Shown one piece after another: positions 36,196 through 47,967 of a stretch of 64,000 bases of DNA. The stretch is from assembly GCF_030144855.1 (NCBI RefSeq), contig NW_026779444.1, forward strand, positions 1 to 64,000, given 5' to 3'. Source of the DNA: Hypanus sabinus (lineage: Eukaryota). The translations under genes and the position numbers were made by a program. The first letter of the stretch is position 1. Each line of letters opens with the position of its first letter. The notes below the pieces were generated by a model. That model saw nothing but the letters and a program-made list of their open reading frames with translations, had not been told where the DNA came from and made no database searches.

Positions 36196-39100
36196 GTCCA
36201 CAATATCCTGAAATGGGAGGGTGAGCAGCCAGAGGTCGTGGTACATATTGGTACCAATGACAAAGGCAGAAAAAGGGTGGAGGTCCTAAAGACAGAATAG
36301 AGGGAGATCGGAAGGGAGCTGGGAAGCAGGAGCTCGAAGATAGTAATCTCGGGATTGCTGCCTGTGCCACACGACAGTGAGTATAGGAATAGAATGAGAT
36401 GGAGGATCAATGTGTGGCTGAAGGATTTTTGGATCATTGGGACCTGTTCTGGGGCAGGTATGACCTGTACAAAGAGGACGGGTTGCACTTGAATCTGAGG
36501 GGGACCAATATCCTTGCGGGGAAGTTTGCTAAGGCTTTTGGGAGGGTTTAAACTATATTTGCTGTGGGGTGGTAACTGAAGTGAAGCGGCAGAGGATGGG
36601 GAGGTTTGAGCACAAGTAGAGACAGTAGTGAGTTTGTGAGGAAGGATGGGCAGATGTTAGAGCGAAGATGCACTCAGCCTTTTGGTTTGAGATGTGTCTA
36701 TTTTCATGCAAGGAGAATCATAAACAATGGGGATTAACTTAGAGTGTGGATCAATACATTGACGTTGTGGCCATTACAGAGACTTGGATACCTCAGGAAT
36801 AGGAATGGCCGCTGAGTATGCCAGGCTTCAGATGTTTCAAAAAGAACAGAGAGGGAGGCAAAAGAGGTGGGGGCATGACATTGCTAATTAGGGATAGTGT
36901 CATGGCTTCAGAAAAGGAGGAAGTCTTGGAGGGATGGTCTACTGAGTTAGTGTGGGTGGAGGTCACAAACAGAAAGGGGCAATAACTCTACTGGGTGTTT
37001 TTATCGACCCTGCAATAGTAACATGGATACCGAGGAGCAGATAGGGAGACAGATTATTCTAATAATAGGGTTGTTGTGATTGGTGATTTTAACTTTCCTA
37101 CTATTGACTGGAATCTCCCTAGAGAGAGGGGTTTAATGGGGTGGAGTTTGTTAGGTGTGTTCAGGAAGGATTTCTGACACAATATGTAGATAAGCCAATG
37201 AGAGGAGAGGCTGTACTCGATCTGGTATTGGGAAATGAACCTGGTCAGATGTCAGATCTCTCGGTGGGAGAACATTTTGGAGGTAATGAGCACAACTCTG
37301 TCTTCTTCACCATAGCGCTGGAGAGGGATAGGAGCAGACAATTTGGGAAAACACGTAATTGGGGTCGGGGGAAATATGATGCTGTTAGGCAGTGTGATGA
37401 ACCCCTAGGTCTATCTTGCCATGGACTGTCATTTTAAGAGAGAATGCCTGAGTGACGTCAGCCGACAGCTTTCTCAGCTCCTGTTTGATTCTTACTAAGA
37501 GAGAGAGAGGGGCGGAACTATTTGACTCTGCAGCTTGTTTTGATTTAAGCAAGAACACTCACTCACACACAGTCAGTCGCAGTTGGAGTCGGACAAGGGA
37601 AGGAAGCCACTGACTAAGGGGTCACTGGTTGGAACTTCCGAGTGCCCACAAGTGTGGGTTGAGCATTGACCCAGCACGTTGATAAGTGGCTATCACGTTG
37701 TGTGACTGGGGGCAACCTTGTTGAATCTACCTATGTGTTAACCCTTGCCTGGGTGGTAGTTCCCTTTGAAGACGATACCCCTGTGATAAGCTACTTTTGG
37801 TGATAATCTGTAAGTGGATTTGGAAAAAAAACGGATAAATCCTATGGCAATCGTTATCTTGTTTTACCACCGTGGAACTCGTGGAATACGACATAAATGC
37901 TGTCTCTCGACATTCACCTTGGATTACAAAACTCTCTCTCACATCATTTAATCTGTGGATGAACTGAACTTTCATACCTCACCATCTCACGATTTTAAGC
38001 CTGGTGCCCCCCCCACCCCCCTGCCCTCCGAGCTCAGTAGTTTGGGAGTTATATTTACACATATGGATACTCATAACACTGTTAACTTTTGATTTTTCTT
38101 GTTTACGTTGTTATATTAAGTAGATACTAATAAAGATAGTGGTTTTAACATCAAAACCAGACTCCAGGCGTGGTCTATTGCTGCTGGTTCATTTAAACTA
38201 TTACAGGTATGTAACAGGCAGGAACTTAGGAGGATAAATTGGGAGGAGATGTTCTCAAGGAAATGCACGGCCAAAATGTGGCAAATATTCAGGGAACATT
38301 TACATGGAGTTCTGCATAGGTATGTTCCATTGAGGCAGGGAAAGGTTGGTAGAGTTAAAGAACCATGGTGTACAAAGGATGGGGAAAATTTAGTTAAGCA
38401 GAAAAGAAAAGCTTATGAAAGGTTAAGGAAACTAGGTACTGTTAGAGCTCTAGAAAATTCCAAGGTTGCAAGGAAGGAGCTTAAGAATGGAATTAGGAGA
38501 GCCAGAAGGGGCCATGAGAAGGCCTTGGTGATCAGGATTAAGGGAAGCATTCTACAAGTATGTGAAGAGCAAGAGGATGAGCTGTGTGAGAATAGGACCC
38601 ATTAGGTGCGATGGTGGAAATGTGTGCATGGAGAGAGAATGTGCCAGACCTTTTGAAAAGCATAAAGTTAGATAGGTCACTGGGACTGGATGAGATATAC
38701 CCCAGGCTACTGTGGGAAGTGAGAGAGGAGATTGCTGAGCCTCTTGCAATGATCCTTGCATCATCGATAGGAATGGGAGAAGTACCAGAGTATTGGAAGT
38801 TTACAAATGTTGTTCCCTTGTTCAAGAAAGGCAGTAGAGACAACCTAGGAAAGTATGGACCCAGAATCTGCCTTCAGTGGTGGGCAAGTTCCTGGAGAAT
38901 ATCCTGAGAGGCAGGATTTATGAGTATTTGGAGAGACATCATCTGATTAGGGATAGTCAGCATGGCTTTGTCAAGGGCAGGTCGTGCCTTACGAGCCTGA
39001 TTGAAGTCCTTGAGGATGTAACAAAACACATGGATGAAGGTAGAGCAGCTGATGTAGTGAATATGGATTTCAGTAAGGCATTTGATATGTTTCCCCATGC

Positions 39101-40203
39101 AGAATGTAAGGAGGCATGAGATCCAAGGAGACCTTGATTTGTGGATCCGGAATTGACTTGACCACAGAAGGCAAAGGGTGACGTAGATGGTCCATGTTCT
39201 GCATGGAAGTCGGTGGACAGTAGAGTTCCACCAGGATCTGTACTGGTTTCCGTCCTCTTTGTAATTTTTAAGTGACCTGGATGAAGAAGTAGAAGGATGG
39301 GTTAGAAAGTTTGCTGATGATACAAAGGTTGGAGGTGTTGTGGATAGCGTGGAGGGCTTTCAGAGGCTACAGTGGGAAATTGATAGGATGCAGAACTGGG
39401 CTGAGAAGTGCCATATGGATTTCAACCTGGATAAGTGTGAGGTGGTTCATTTTGGTAGGTCAAATATGATGGCAGAATATAGTATTAATGGTAATTCTTG
39501 GCAGTGTGGAGGATCAAAGAGATCATTGGGTCCGAATTCATAGGATACTCAAAGGTGCTGTGCAGGTTGACAGTGTTGTTAAGAAGGTATATGGTGTGTT
39601 GGCATTCATCAGTTGTGTGATTGAGTTCAACAGCCATGAGGTAATGTTACAGCGATATAAGACCTGGTCAGACCCTACTTGGAGTACTGTGCTTAGTTCT
39701 GGTCACTTCACTACAGGAAGAATGTGGATACTATAGAGAGTGTGAAGAGGACATTTACCAGGATGGTGCCTGGATTTGAGGGCGTACTTTATGAGAATAG
39801 GTTGAGTGAACTTGGCCTTTTCTCCTTGGAGTGACCGAGGATGAGAAGTGACCTGATAGAGGTGTATAAGATGACGAGGGGCTTTGATCCTGTAGATACC
39901 CAGAGGCTTTTGCCCAGGGCTGAAATGGCTAAAACGAGGGGAAATAGTTTTAAGGTGATGTCAGGAGTCAGTTTTTCACACAGGGAGTGGTGAGTGCGTG
40001 GAATGCACTGTCGGAGGTGTTGATGAAAGTGTACAACAGGGTCTTATAAGAGCCTCTTAGGTAGGTACGTGGAGCTTAGAAAAATAGAGGACTATGCACT
40101 AGGGAAATTCTAGGCAGCGTCTGGAGTAGTTTTCAATGGTCGGTACAACATTGTGGTATGAAGCGCCTGTAATGATCTGTACATTTCTATGTTCTGTGTT
40201 CTA
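36196..40203 (+). mobile_element. Degenerate CR1 (3' end of ORF1, ORF2, 3'UTR) interrupted by a solo LTR
   Basis: Esterase motifs, EN and RT pieces in ORFs 37141, 38249, 38611, 38877, 39340; ttctatgttc tail. Confidence 0.9.
37393..38216 (+). mobile_element. Solo LTR (824 bp) with perfect 5-bp TSD
   Basis: ggcag|TGTGATG...GTAACA|ggcag; AATAAA at 38129; removing it restores CR1 gttaggcaggaac. Confidence 0.85.
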
Positions 40204-40769
40204 AGACAATATACAAAGGTGGGGGGAGGGGAAGGAGTATAAGATGGTGGTGAGAGGTGAGACCAGGTGAGAGAGAGGGTGTCTGGGTAGGGCAGTGGGA
40301 TGAAGTAAGAAGCTGAGAGGTGATTGGTGGAAAAGTAAAGGGCTGAAGAAGAAGGGATCCGATAGGATAGGAGAGTAGACCATGGGAGGAAAGGATGGAT
40401 AAGGGGAATCAGAGGGAGGTGATAGGCAGGTCAGGAGAAGAGGAGGGAATATCAGAGAGAAGGGAGAAGGGAGGAGAAATTACCACAACTTGGAGAAATC
40501 GATGCTGATGCTGTCAGGATGGAGGGCCCCCCCCCCCCCCGATGGAATCTGAGATGTTCTTCCACCAAATGACTATAGGAAAGATGCTCTCCATATCCAC
40601 TCTACCTAGGCCTATCAATATTCGAACCGACTACAGGAACAATCCTCTCCAAATCCACTCTATCTCGGCCTATAAATATTCAGGTTACCTATCAGGTTGC
40701 AAGGAGATCCCCCCTCAATGACTATAATCTCTTGATTCTTATTCTCAGTGTCCTTTCCCCTCCTCCACC

Positions 40770-41375
40770 CAGGCAAAAGTCAGGAAGTTATGTTACAGCC
40801 TTATAAAACTCTAGCTAGGCCACATCTGGAGTATTGTGTACAGTTCTGGTCACCCCACTGTAGGAGGTATGTTGATGCTTTGGAGAGGGTACAGATGAGG
40901 TTCACCAGGATGATGCCTGGTTTAGAGGGCGTTCACTATAATGAGAGGTTCGATAAACTTGGGTTGTTTTCTCTGGAGCGACGGAGTCTGAGGGGAGATT
41001 TGATAGAGTTTGTAAGATTATGAGAGGCACAGAGAGAGCAGACAGAGAGTACCTTCCTCCCAGGGTTGAAATGTCTAATACCAAAGGCCTGCGTTGAAGG
41101 TGAAAGGGGTTTAAAGGGGATGTGAGGGGTAAATGTTTTACACAGACAGTGCCGGGTTACTGGAATGCTCTGCCTGGGGAGGTGTTACAGGTAGATACAT
41201 TAGGGGCTTTTATGAGACATTTAGATCAGCACATGAACAGACATTGGATATTGAAATGGATGTTGTGTAGGCAGAGGGGTTAGTTTAGTAGGTCACTAAT
41301 TTAATTGGTTTAGCACAACATTGTGGGCTGAAGGGCCTGTGCCTGTGCTCTACTGCTCTGTGTTCTATGTTCTCG
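40770..41375 (+). mobile_element. CR1 3' fragment
   Basis: RPHLEYCVQFWSPH...GLFSLERRSLRGDLIE, plus 3'UTR and tail. Confidence 0.85.
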
Positions 41376-41944
41376 TGTTAAATACAGTAAATCTATGGTC
41401 ATCTGCTACTGAGGTTGTTGCCTCCCTGGCTCACCAGGTGCCTGTGGTTCATGGAGCCATTCTGTTTCCCATTATCAGGTAATAAAAATGAACTTCTGAC
41501 ATCACGATCTACCACAACGTGAGTAACACACAAAATGCTGGAGGATCTCAGCAGCTCAGGCAGCTTCTATGGAGGGGAATAAACAGTCAATGTTTTGGCC
41601 TGGGACCCTTCACCAGGACTGGAAAGGAAGGTGAAAGATGCCAGAATCTGGTGGTGGGGGGAGAGGGACTGGCTGGGTTGTTCTTACACAGGGCCAGTAT
41701 GAACTCAATGGGCTGAATGTCCTCCTGAATGCTGCAACTGTTCCGTCACTCCGAGCTAATTCCAAGAGCTCTCCTCTCCGTAACCGGTGCCCCCGATTCT
41801 CCAATCACTTCCCCACCTGAAAATGAAGTGGCAGGATTGTAAAAGCCATCGGCCCCAGGGAACAGACGACAATGACAAACCCCCGAAACCCTGACTCGAC
41901 CCCAGCCTGTAACGCTCTATATTTCAATAAGAGTCTGAGGTGAA

Positions 41945-43030
41945 CTGGTTTGTCACCAGAGACACTGGCAAATTTCTACAGAGATACCTGGGGAGCGTTC
42001 TAACTGGCTGCATCACCGTCTGGTCTGGTGGGGCCACTGCTCAGGATCAGAAAGACCAGCAGGAAGTTACAAACTCAGTCAGCTCCATCGTGAGCACTGG
42101 TGTCCCCAGCACCCAGGACACCTTCAAAATGCAACGCCTCAAAAAGGCGGCATCCATCATTACGGACCCAGCACCCAGGACATGCCCTCTTCTCATTGCC
42201 ACCATCAGGGAGGAGGAACAGGAGCCTGAACACACACAGTCAATGATTCAGGAACAGCTTCTTCCCCTCCGCCATCAGATTTCTGAATGGTCAATGAATC
42301 TATGAGCTCTTCCTCAGAATTTTTCCACTCTTTTTGCCCAACTTGTTTATTTCCTTTCCATAGTTTATTTGCACTGACTGCAATTTATAGGTTTTATTAT
42401 TATACATTGCCTTGAACTGCTGCCGCAAAACAACAAATTTCATGACATACGCCAGTGATGCAATCTCGTTGTCTATTCTATTGTTTCTATATTAAATCTG
42501 ATTCTGATTCTGACGTAACCCCCACTCCGGTCTCGACAGCACCAGACCGCAGCGTGTAGCCCACTCCTGAGTATCCATTATTGCACATGTAAACCCCTCA
42601 GCCTGGACCCTCCTATGGATCACAGCCTGTTCCCAGTCCTGGCTATCCATTACTGATCATTTAGTTGTCAGGCCCTGCTGGTGTATCTGGAAGATCGCTG
42701 AAAGCCTGTGTCAATCAACTGTTGGGAAAGATGAAGGATATCTTCAATCCCTCGCTGCTGCTGTCAGAGGCCCCACCTGCTTCAAAAGGGTAACATCAGA
42801 CCGGTCGGTGCCCAGGCAGAGCAGGGTGAGCTGCCTTAACGACCATCACCTAGTGGGACTCACATCTACTGCCATGAAATGCCTTGAGAGGTTGGTCTTG
42901 ACTGGAATCCACTCCTGCCTCAGGAAGAGCCTGGGCCCATGGCAATTTGCCCGTCACCACAACAGGTCTACAGTGGATGCAATCTCACTGGCTTCTCACG
43001 TGGCCTTGGCTCACCCGGACAACAGCAAAA
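41945..43030 (+). mobile_element. Rex1/Babar-type LINE fragments
   Basis: LTGCITVW..., LKKAASII...; SCLND...LTSTAMKCLERLV...NRSTVDAI. Confidence 0.65.
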
Positions 43031-43272
43031 CCTTTGCACTGCTTATCGAATTGAACTTTTATATATATTTATTGTAAATAATAGTTTTTATTTTATGCTT
43101 TGCACTGTACAGCAGTGACAAAACAACAAATTTCACGACAGATGCCGGTGATATCAAACCTGATTCTGATTCCCCTCCCCCATGTCAGGGCCCAGTCTGT
43201 AACCCACTCCCCTGGTTTGATGGTCGTCAGGCCCACTGACATCTGAAGATCCACTCGTGACAGTAGTGAAAC

Positions 43273-45147
43273 TCCATAAAAAACACAAAATGCTGGCAGA
43301 ACTCAGCAGGCCAGACAGCTTCTACGGGAGGAGGTAGTGATGATGTTTCGGGCCGAAACCCTTCATCAGGAGTGAAGTAACATGGGATGGTCGGGGGGGA
43401 TAAGAAGTGGGGGGAGGGATGAAGTAGAGAGCTGGGAAGTGATAGGCTGGAGGGAAATGGGCTCGGGGGGGGAAGGTGGAGAATTATGGGAAATAAAAGA
43501 GAAAGAAAGGTAGGGCTGAGGGGAGATTATAGTGAGGGGGGAAAAAGAGAGAGAAAGAGAACCAGACTAAAATTATAGATAGGGATGGGGTAAGGGGAGG
43601 CAGGGGTCTATGAGTTGAATGTTCGTGCCGGCAGGTAGGAGGCTACCTAGGCGGGAGATAAGGTATTGCTCCATCGACCTGCGTGTGGCCTCATCTTGAC
43701 GGTAGAGGAGGCCATGGACAGACATGTCGGAGTGGGAGTGGTCTGTGGAATTGAAGTGTGTGGCCACAGGGAGATCCCGCCACTGTTGGAGGACTGAGTG
43801 CCGGTGTTCGGTGAAACGGTCTCCCGGTCTGTGGCGGGTCTCCCCAATGTATAAATGGCCACATCGGGAGCACCGGATACAGTATATCACCCCAGCTGAC
43901 TCGCAGGTGAAGTGGTGCCTCACCTGAAAGGACTGTCTGGGGCCTGGGATGGTGGTGAGGGAAGAAGTTTGGGGGCAGGTGTAGCACTTCTTTGGTTTGC
44001 AGGGTTAAGTGCCTGGAGGGAGGTCAGTGGGGAGGGATGGGGGGGGGGATGAATGGACAAGGGTCGCGTAGGGAGCGATCCCTGCGGAAAGCCGAGAGTG
44101 GGGGGGGAGGGGAAGTTGTGTCTGGTGGTGGGATCCCGTAGGAGGTGGCGGAAGTTACGGAGGATTATGCGTTGGGTCTGTAGGCTGGTAGGATGATAGG
44201 TGAGGACCAGGGGGACTCTATCCTTGGTGGGCTGGCAGGGGGATGGGGTGAGGGCAGAGGTGTGTGAAATACTGGAGACGCGATGGAGGGCAGAGTTGAT
44301 AGTGGACGAAGGGAAGCCCCTTTCTTTAAAAAAGGAAGACATCTCCTTTGTCCTAAAATGAAAGGCCTCATCCTGAGAGCAGATGCAGTGGAGGTGGAGG
44401 AATTGAGAGAAAGGGAAAGCATTTTTGCAGGAGACAGGGTGGGAGGAGGAATAGTCTAGGCAGCTGTGGGAGTCTGTAGGTCTGTAGTAGACATCGGTGG
44501 ATAGGCTGTCTCCAGAGATAGAAACAAAAAGATCTAGAAAGGGGAGGGAGGTGTCAGAAATAGACCAGGTGAATTTGAGGGCAGGGTGAAAGTTGGAGAC
44601 GAAGTTAATGAAGTCGACGAGCTCAGCATGTGTGCAGGAAGCAGCGCCGATGCAGTCGTCAATATAACGTAAGAAAAGAGGAGGACAGATACCGGTGTAG
44701 GCTTGGAACATAGATTGCTCCACATGGCCGACAAAAAGGCAGGCATAGCTAGGACCCATGCGGGTGCCCATGGCTACACCTTTAGTTTGGAGGAAGTGGG
44801 AGGAGCCAAGGAGAAATTGTTAAGCGTGACGACTAATTCCCCAAGGCGGAGAAGAGTGGTGGTAGAGGGTGACTGACTGGGTCTGGAATCCAGGAAGAAA
44901 CGGAGAGCTCGGAGACCTTCCTGGTGGGGGATAGAGGTATATAGGGACTGGACGTCCATGGTGAAAATGAGGTGGTGGGGGCCAGGGAACCTGAAATCTT
45001 TGAACAGATGTAAAGCATGGGAAGAATCATGGACATAGGTGGAAAGGGATTGAACAAAGGGAGATAAAACAGAGTTGAGATAGGCAGAAATGAGTTCAGT
45101 GGGGCAGGAGCAAGCAGAGACAATGGGTCTGCCTGGGCAGGCAGGTT
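43273..45147 (-). mobile_element. 5'-truncated Penelope-like element (RT, GIY-YIG, terminal repeat with hammerhead core)
   Basis: PGRPIVS, MDVQSLYTSIPH, MGTRMGPSYA, FLRYIDD, FLDL, IYCIRCSRCGHLYIGET, HFN. CTGATGA-A-GGGtttcggCCC-GAAAC on the minus strand at 43345-43370. Confidence 0.95.
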
Positions 45148-45859
45148 GTGAATCTCCATGTCTGTTTCCCAGATTTTTCACCCACTTTCCTCACCATCCC
45201 CTCTCTTGATCCGGTTCCACTTGTGAGACGCATCTCCCCCAGTGGGTCCCATTCTCATCTCAGAGTATCAGGCTGGAGAGTGAGTCCTTGGTGGTCCTCC
45301 CTCAAACAACTGATTACAATCACCTCTCTCCATCTGAATCTCCTTTCCTTCCTTCTTCTCCATCTTTCACCACTTACCACATCTCCCATCCCCCTTCCCC
45401 TCCCTACCCAGCACAACCTGCCCTTAAACTCACACCCCACCTCAATCCTCAATCACCTCAGACCCGTCTCATCCCACCTCAATCCTCAATCACCTTAGAC
45501 CCCTGTCTCACCCTCCTCAATCTATCCAACCCCTCAGGCTCCTGTCTCACCCCTCCTCAATCCTCAATCACCTCAGACTCCGGTCTCACCCCTCCTCAAT
45601 CCTCAATCATCTGAGACTCTTAACTCACCTTCCTCAGTCCATTCTTCCCCTCAGACTCCGGTCTCACCCTCCTCATCCATCAGTTACCTCAGACTCCTGT
45701 CTCACTCCTCCTCAATCCATCAATCACCTCAGACTTGTCTCACCCCTCTCAACTTCTCTATCAGTCCAGATGAACACAAAAACTTCAACGTCCTTTCACA
45801 CCCACAGATGCAGCTCCACCGGCTGAATTCCTTCAGCAGATTGTTGATCAAATATCGAC

Positions 45860-46157
45860 CTCTCTCTCTCTCTCTCATTCACTCCCCCCTCTCTCACACT
45901 CTCTCTCTCTCATTCACTTCCCCTCTCTCACACTCTCTCTCTCTCAATCACTGCCTCTCTCTCTCACTCACTCACTCACTCACATTCTCTCTCTCCCTCT
46001 CACTCATTCACTTTCTCTATCTCACTCTCTCTCTCACTTACTCACATTCTCTCTCTCTCACTCTCTCTCATTCACTATCTCTCTATCCCACTCTCTCTCA
46101 CACTCACTCTCACACTCTCTCTCTCTCACTGACATTCACTCTCTCCCTCTCTCTCTG
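45860..46157. repeat. (CT)n/(CTCA)n microsatellite ending at the V1 splice acceptor
   Basis: About 300 bp of C/T-rich repeat ending ctctctgcag|. Confidence 0.9.
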
Positions 46158-46160
46158 CAG

Positions 46161-46544
46161 ACTATTCGATAAGTGGTTGGTCAATGTCCGGCGCTGATGT
46201 GGTCTCTGCGGTGGAAGGGGCTCCCGCTGTGTTACCGTGTACTTTCACCCACCCACCCAAAGACAGCGTCCCGTCCGGCACCGTAATCTGGAACAGGGGG
46301 AAACAAAGTGCAGGTAATCTGGTGTTTAAGTGCACATATCCCGGTTCCGGCCCCTCCGGGTGCGATACAACGACACAGGAGGCTGGAGGAGGGCGGTTCG
46401 GATTCGTGGGGAACCTCAGTCGGAGAGATGCCTCGATAATGGTGGAGCGTCTGAACTGGAGTGACGGTGGTCGGTATCGGTGCCGGGTGGAGCTCAATGT
46501 TGGCAAATTTCAAACGGTGGTTCTAACAGATCTGTCTGTGAGAG
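46161..46544 (+). CDS. SIGLEC15-like: Ig V-set exon V1, Siglec-15-like (phase 1-1)
   Basis: Acceptor ctctctgcag|, donor G|gtgagg. Translation (D)YSISGWSMSGADVVSAVEGAPAVLPCTFTHP...IW...VFKC...GC...GRFGFVGNLSRRDASIMVERL...D..RYRCRVE matches human SIGLEC15 WSM..VSAEAGDAAVLPCTFTHP..IW..VFRC..LC..GRF..GN..ND.S..VERL..D..RYFCRVE (recalled sequence). Confidence 0.85.
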
Positions 46545-47199
46545 GTGAGGACCGATGTTTAAGCATTGAGTTGTAAATCTACACTAATCATTTCACATTT
46601 TATCTCCCTGAAAGCTCATTTTATTCATAATTTACAAGTATATATTGCAGGATATCATGTCAAATAGATGTGATTGTCATGTGCACTAGCACATAGAACA
46701 ACAGGCCCTTCAGCCCACAATGTTGTGCTGACCCTTATACCTGCTCTAAGATCAATCTCACCCCCTGCCTCCCACATAGCCCTCCAGTTCTACATCCGTG
46801 TACCTGTCTCAGTCAGTCTCTCTCTCTCTCCCTCCCCCCCCACTCTCCGCCCTCTCCCCCTCCCTCTCCCTCTCCCTCTCCCCTCCCTCTCCCCTCCCTC
46901 TCTCTCCCTCCCCCTCTCCCCGGTCCGTGACGCTGCTGCCATTTCAGTCAGCAATGAAGGGCCTCCATCTCTGGCAGCATTCAGGGCTTCCTTCATCGTG
47001 TCAGTAGCTTCCTCTCGGTTTTCACTGCTGTCAGTCATACAATTCCCGAGTGGGACTCAGGAATACCGTCACACTCAGATGTCGAAGGATTCTCCATTGC
47101 TGTTTCCATAACAACATTGTTTTACCCGTCAGGGTTGTTACCCTGAGCTGAACCCCCGAACCTGGAGGATCAGTGATCCTCTCTTACAGAGAATATAGA

Positions 47200-47780
47200 A
47201 ACAGAAATCTACAGCGCATTACAGGCCATTCGGCCCACAATGCGGTGCTGACCATGTAACCTACTCTAGAGAGATTACCTCAGGGCTCTTGAACTCAATC
47301 CCACAGCTGAAGAATGCCAGTACACCAGACACCTTCCTAACACCACTGTCAACCTGTGCAGCAGCTTTGAGTGTCCTATGGACAGAGTCCCCAAGACCCA
47401 GCTCATCCTCCACACTGCCACCAGTCTTACCATTCATATATTCTGTATTCAAATTTGACCTACCAGAATGAATCACTTCACACTTATCTGGGTTGAACTC
47501 CATCTGTTCTACACACCCTCCACTCTCTGTGTAATGAACCTGCCCCTGACCTCTGACATCCCCCCAATACTTTCCAGAAAAATCTCTGGTTGTCTGCTCG
47601 ATTATGCCTCTTATCATCTTGTTCACCTCTATCAAGTCACCTCTCATCTTTCTTCACTCCCAAGAGAAATTCTCCAGCTCGCTCAACCTTTCCTCATTAA
47701 ACATCCTCTCTGGTCCAGGCAGCATCCTGGTAGATCTCCTCTACATCCTCTCGAAAGCTTCCTCATCCTTCCTGTAATGA
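47200..47780 (-). mobile_element. CR1 3' fragments
   Basis: Minus ORF 47261..47647 (RGDLIEV..., EFNPDKCEV). Confidence 0.75.
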
Positions 47781-47967
47781 GGTGAGTGGAACTGAACTTA
47801 CTTGCTGCTGCAGGTTCGATTTTCATTGCACGTCTGCCTACGTGTCTGCACAGGTGCAGTGAAAATCCAGTTGCCATAGCAACGCAGGCACAGAGCGTTG
47901 CATCAGAAAAGCAGCAATCAAGGTCAAGTTTATTGCCATCTGACTGTACACAGATACAGAACGTCAA

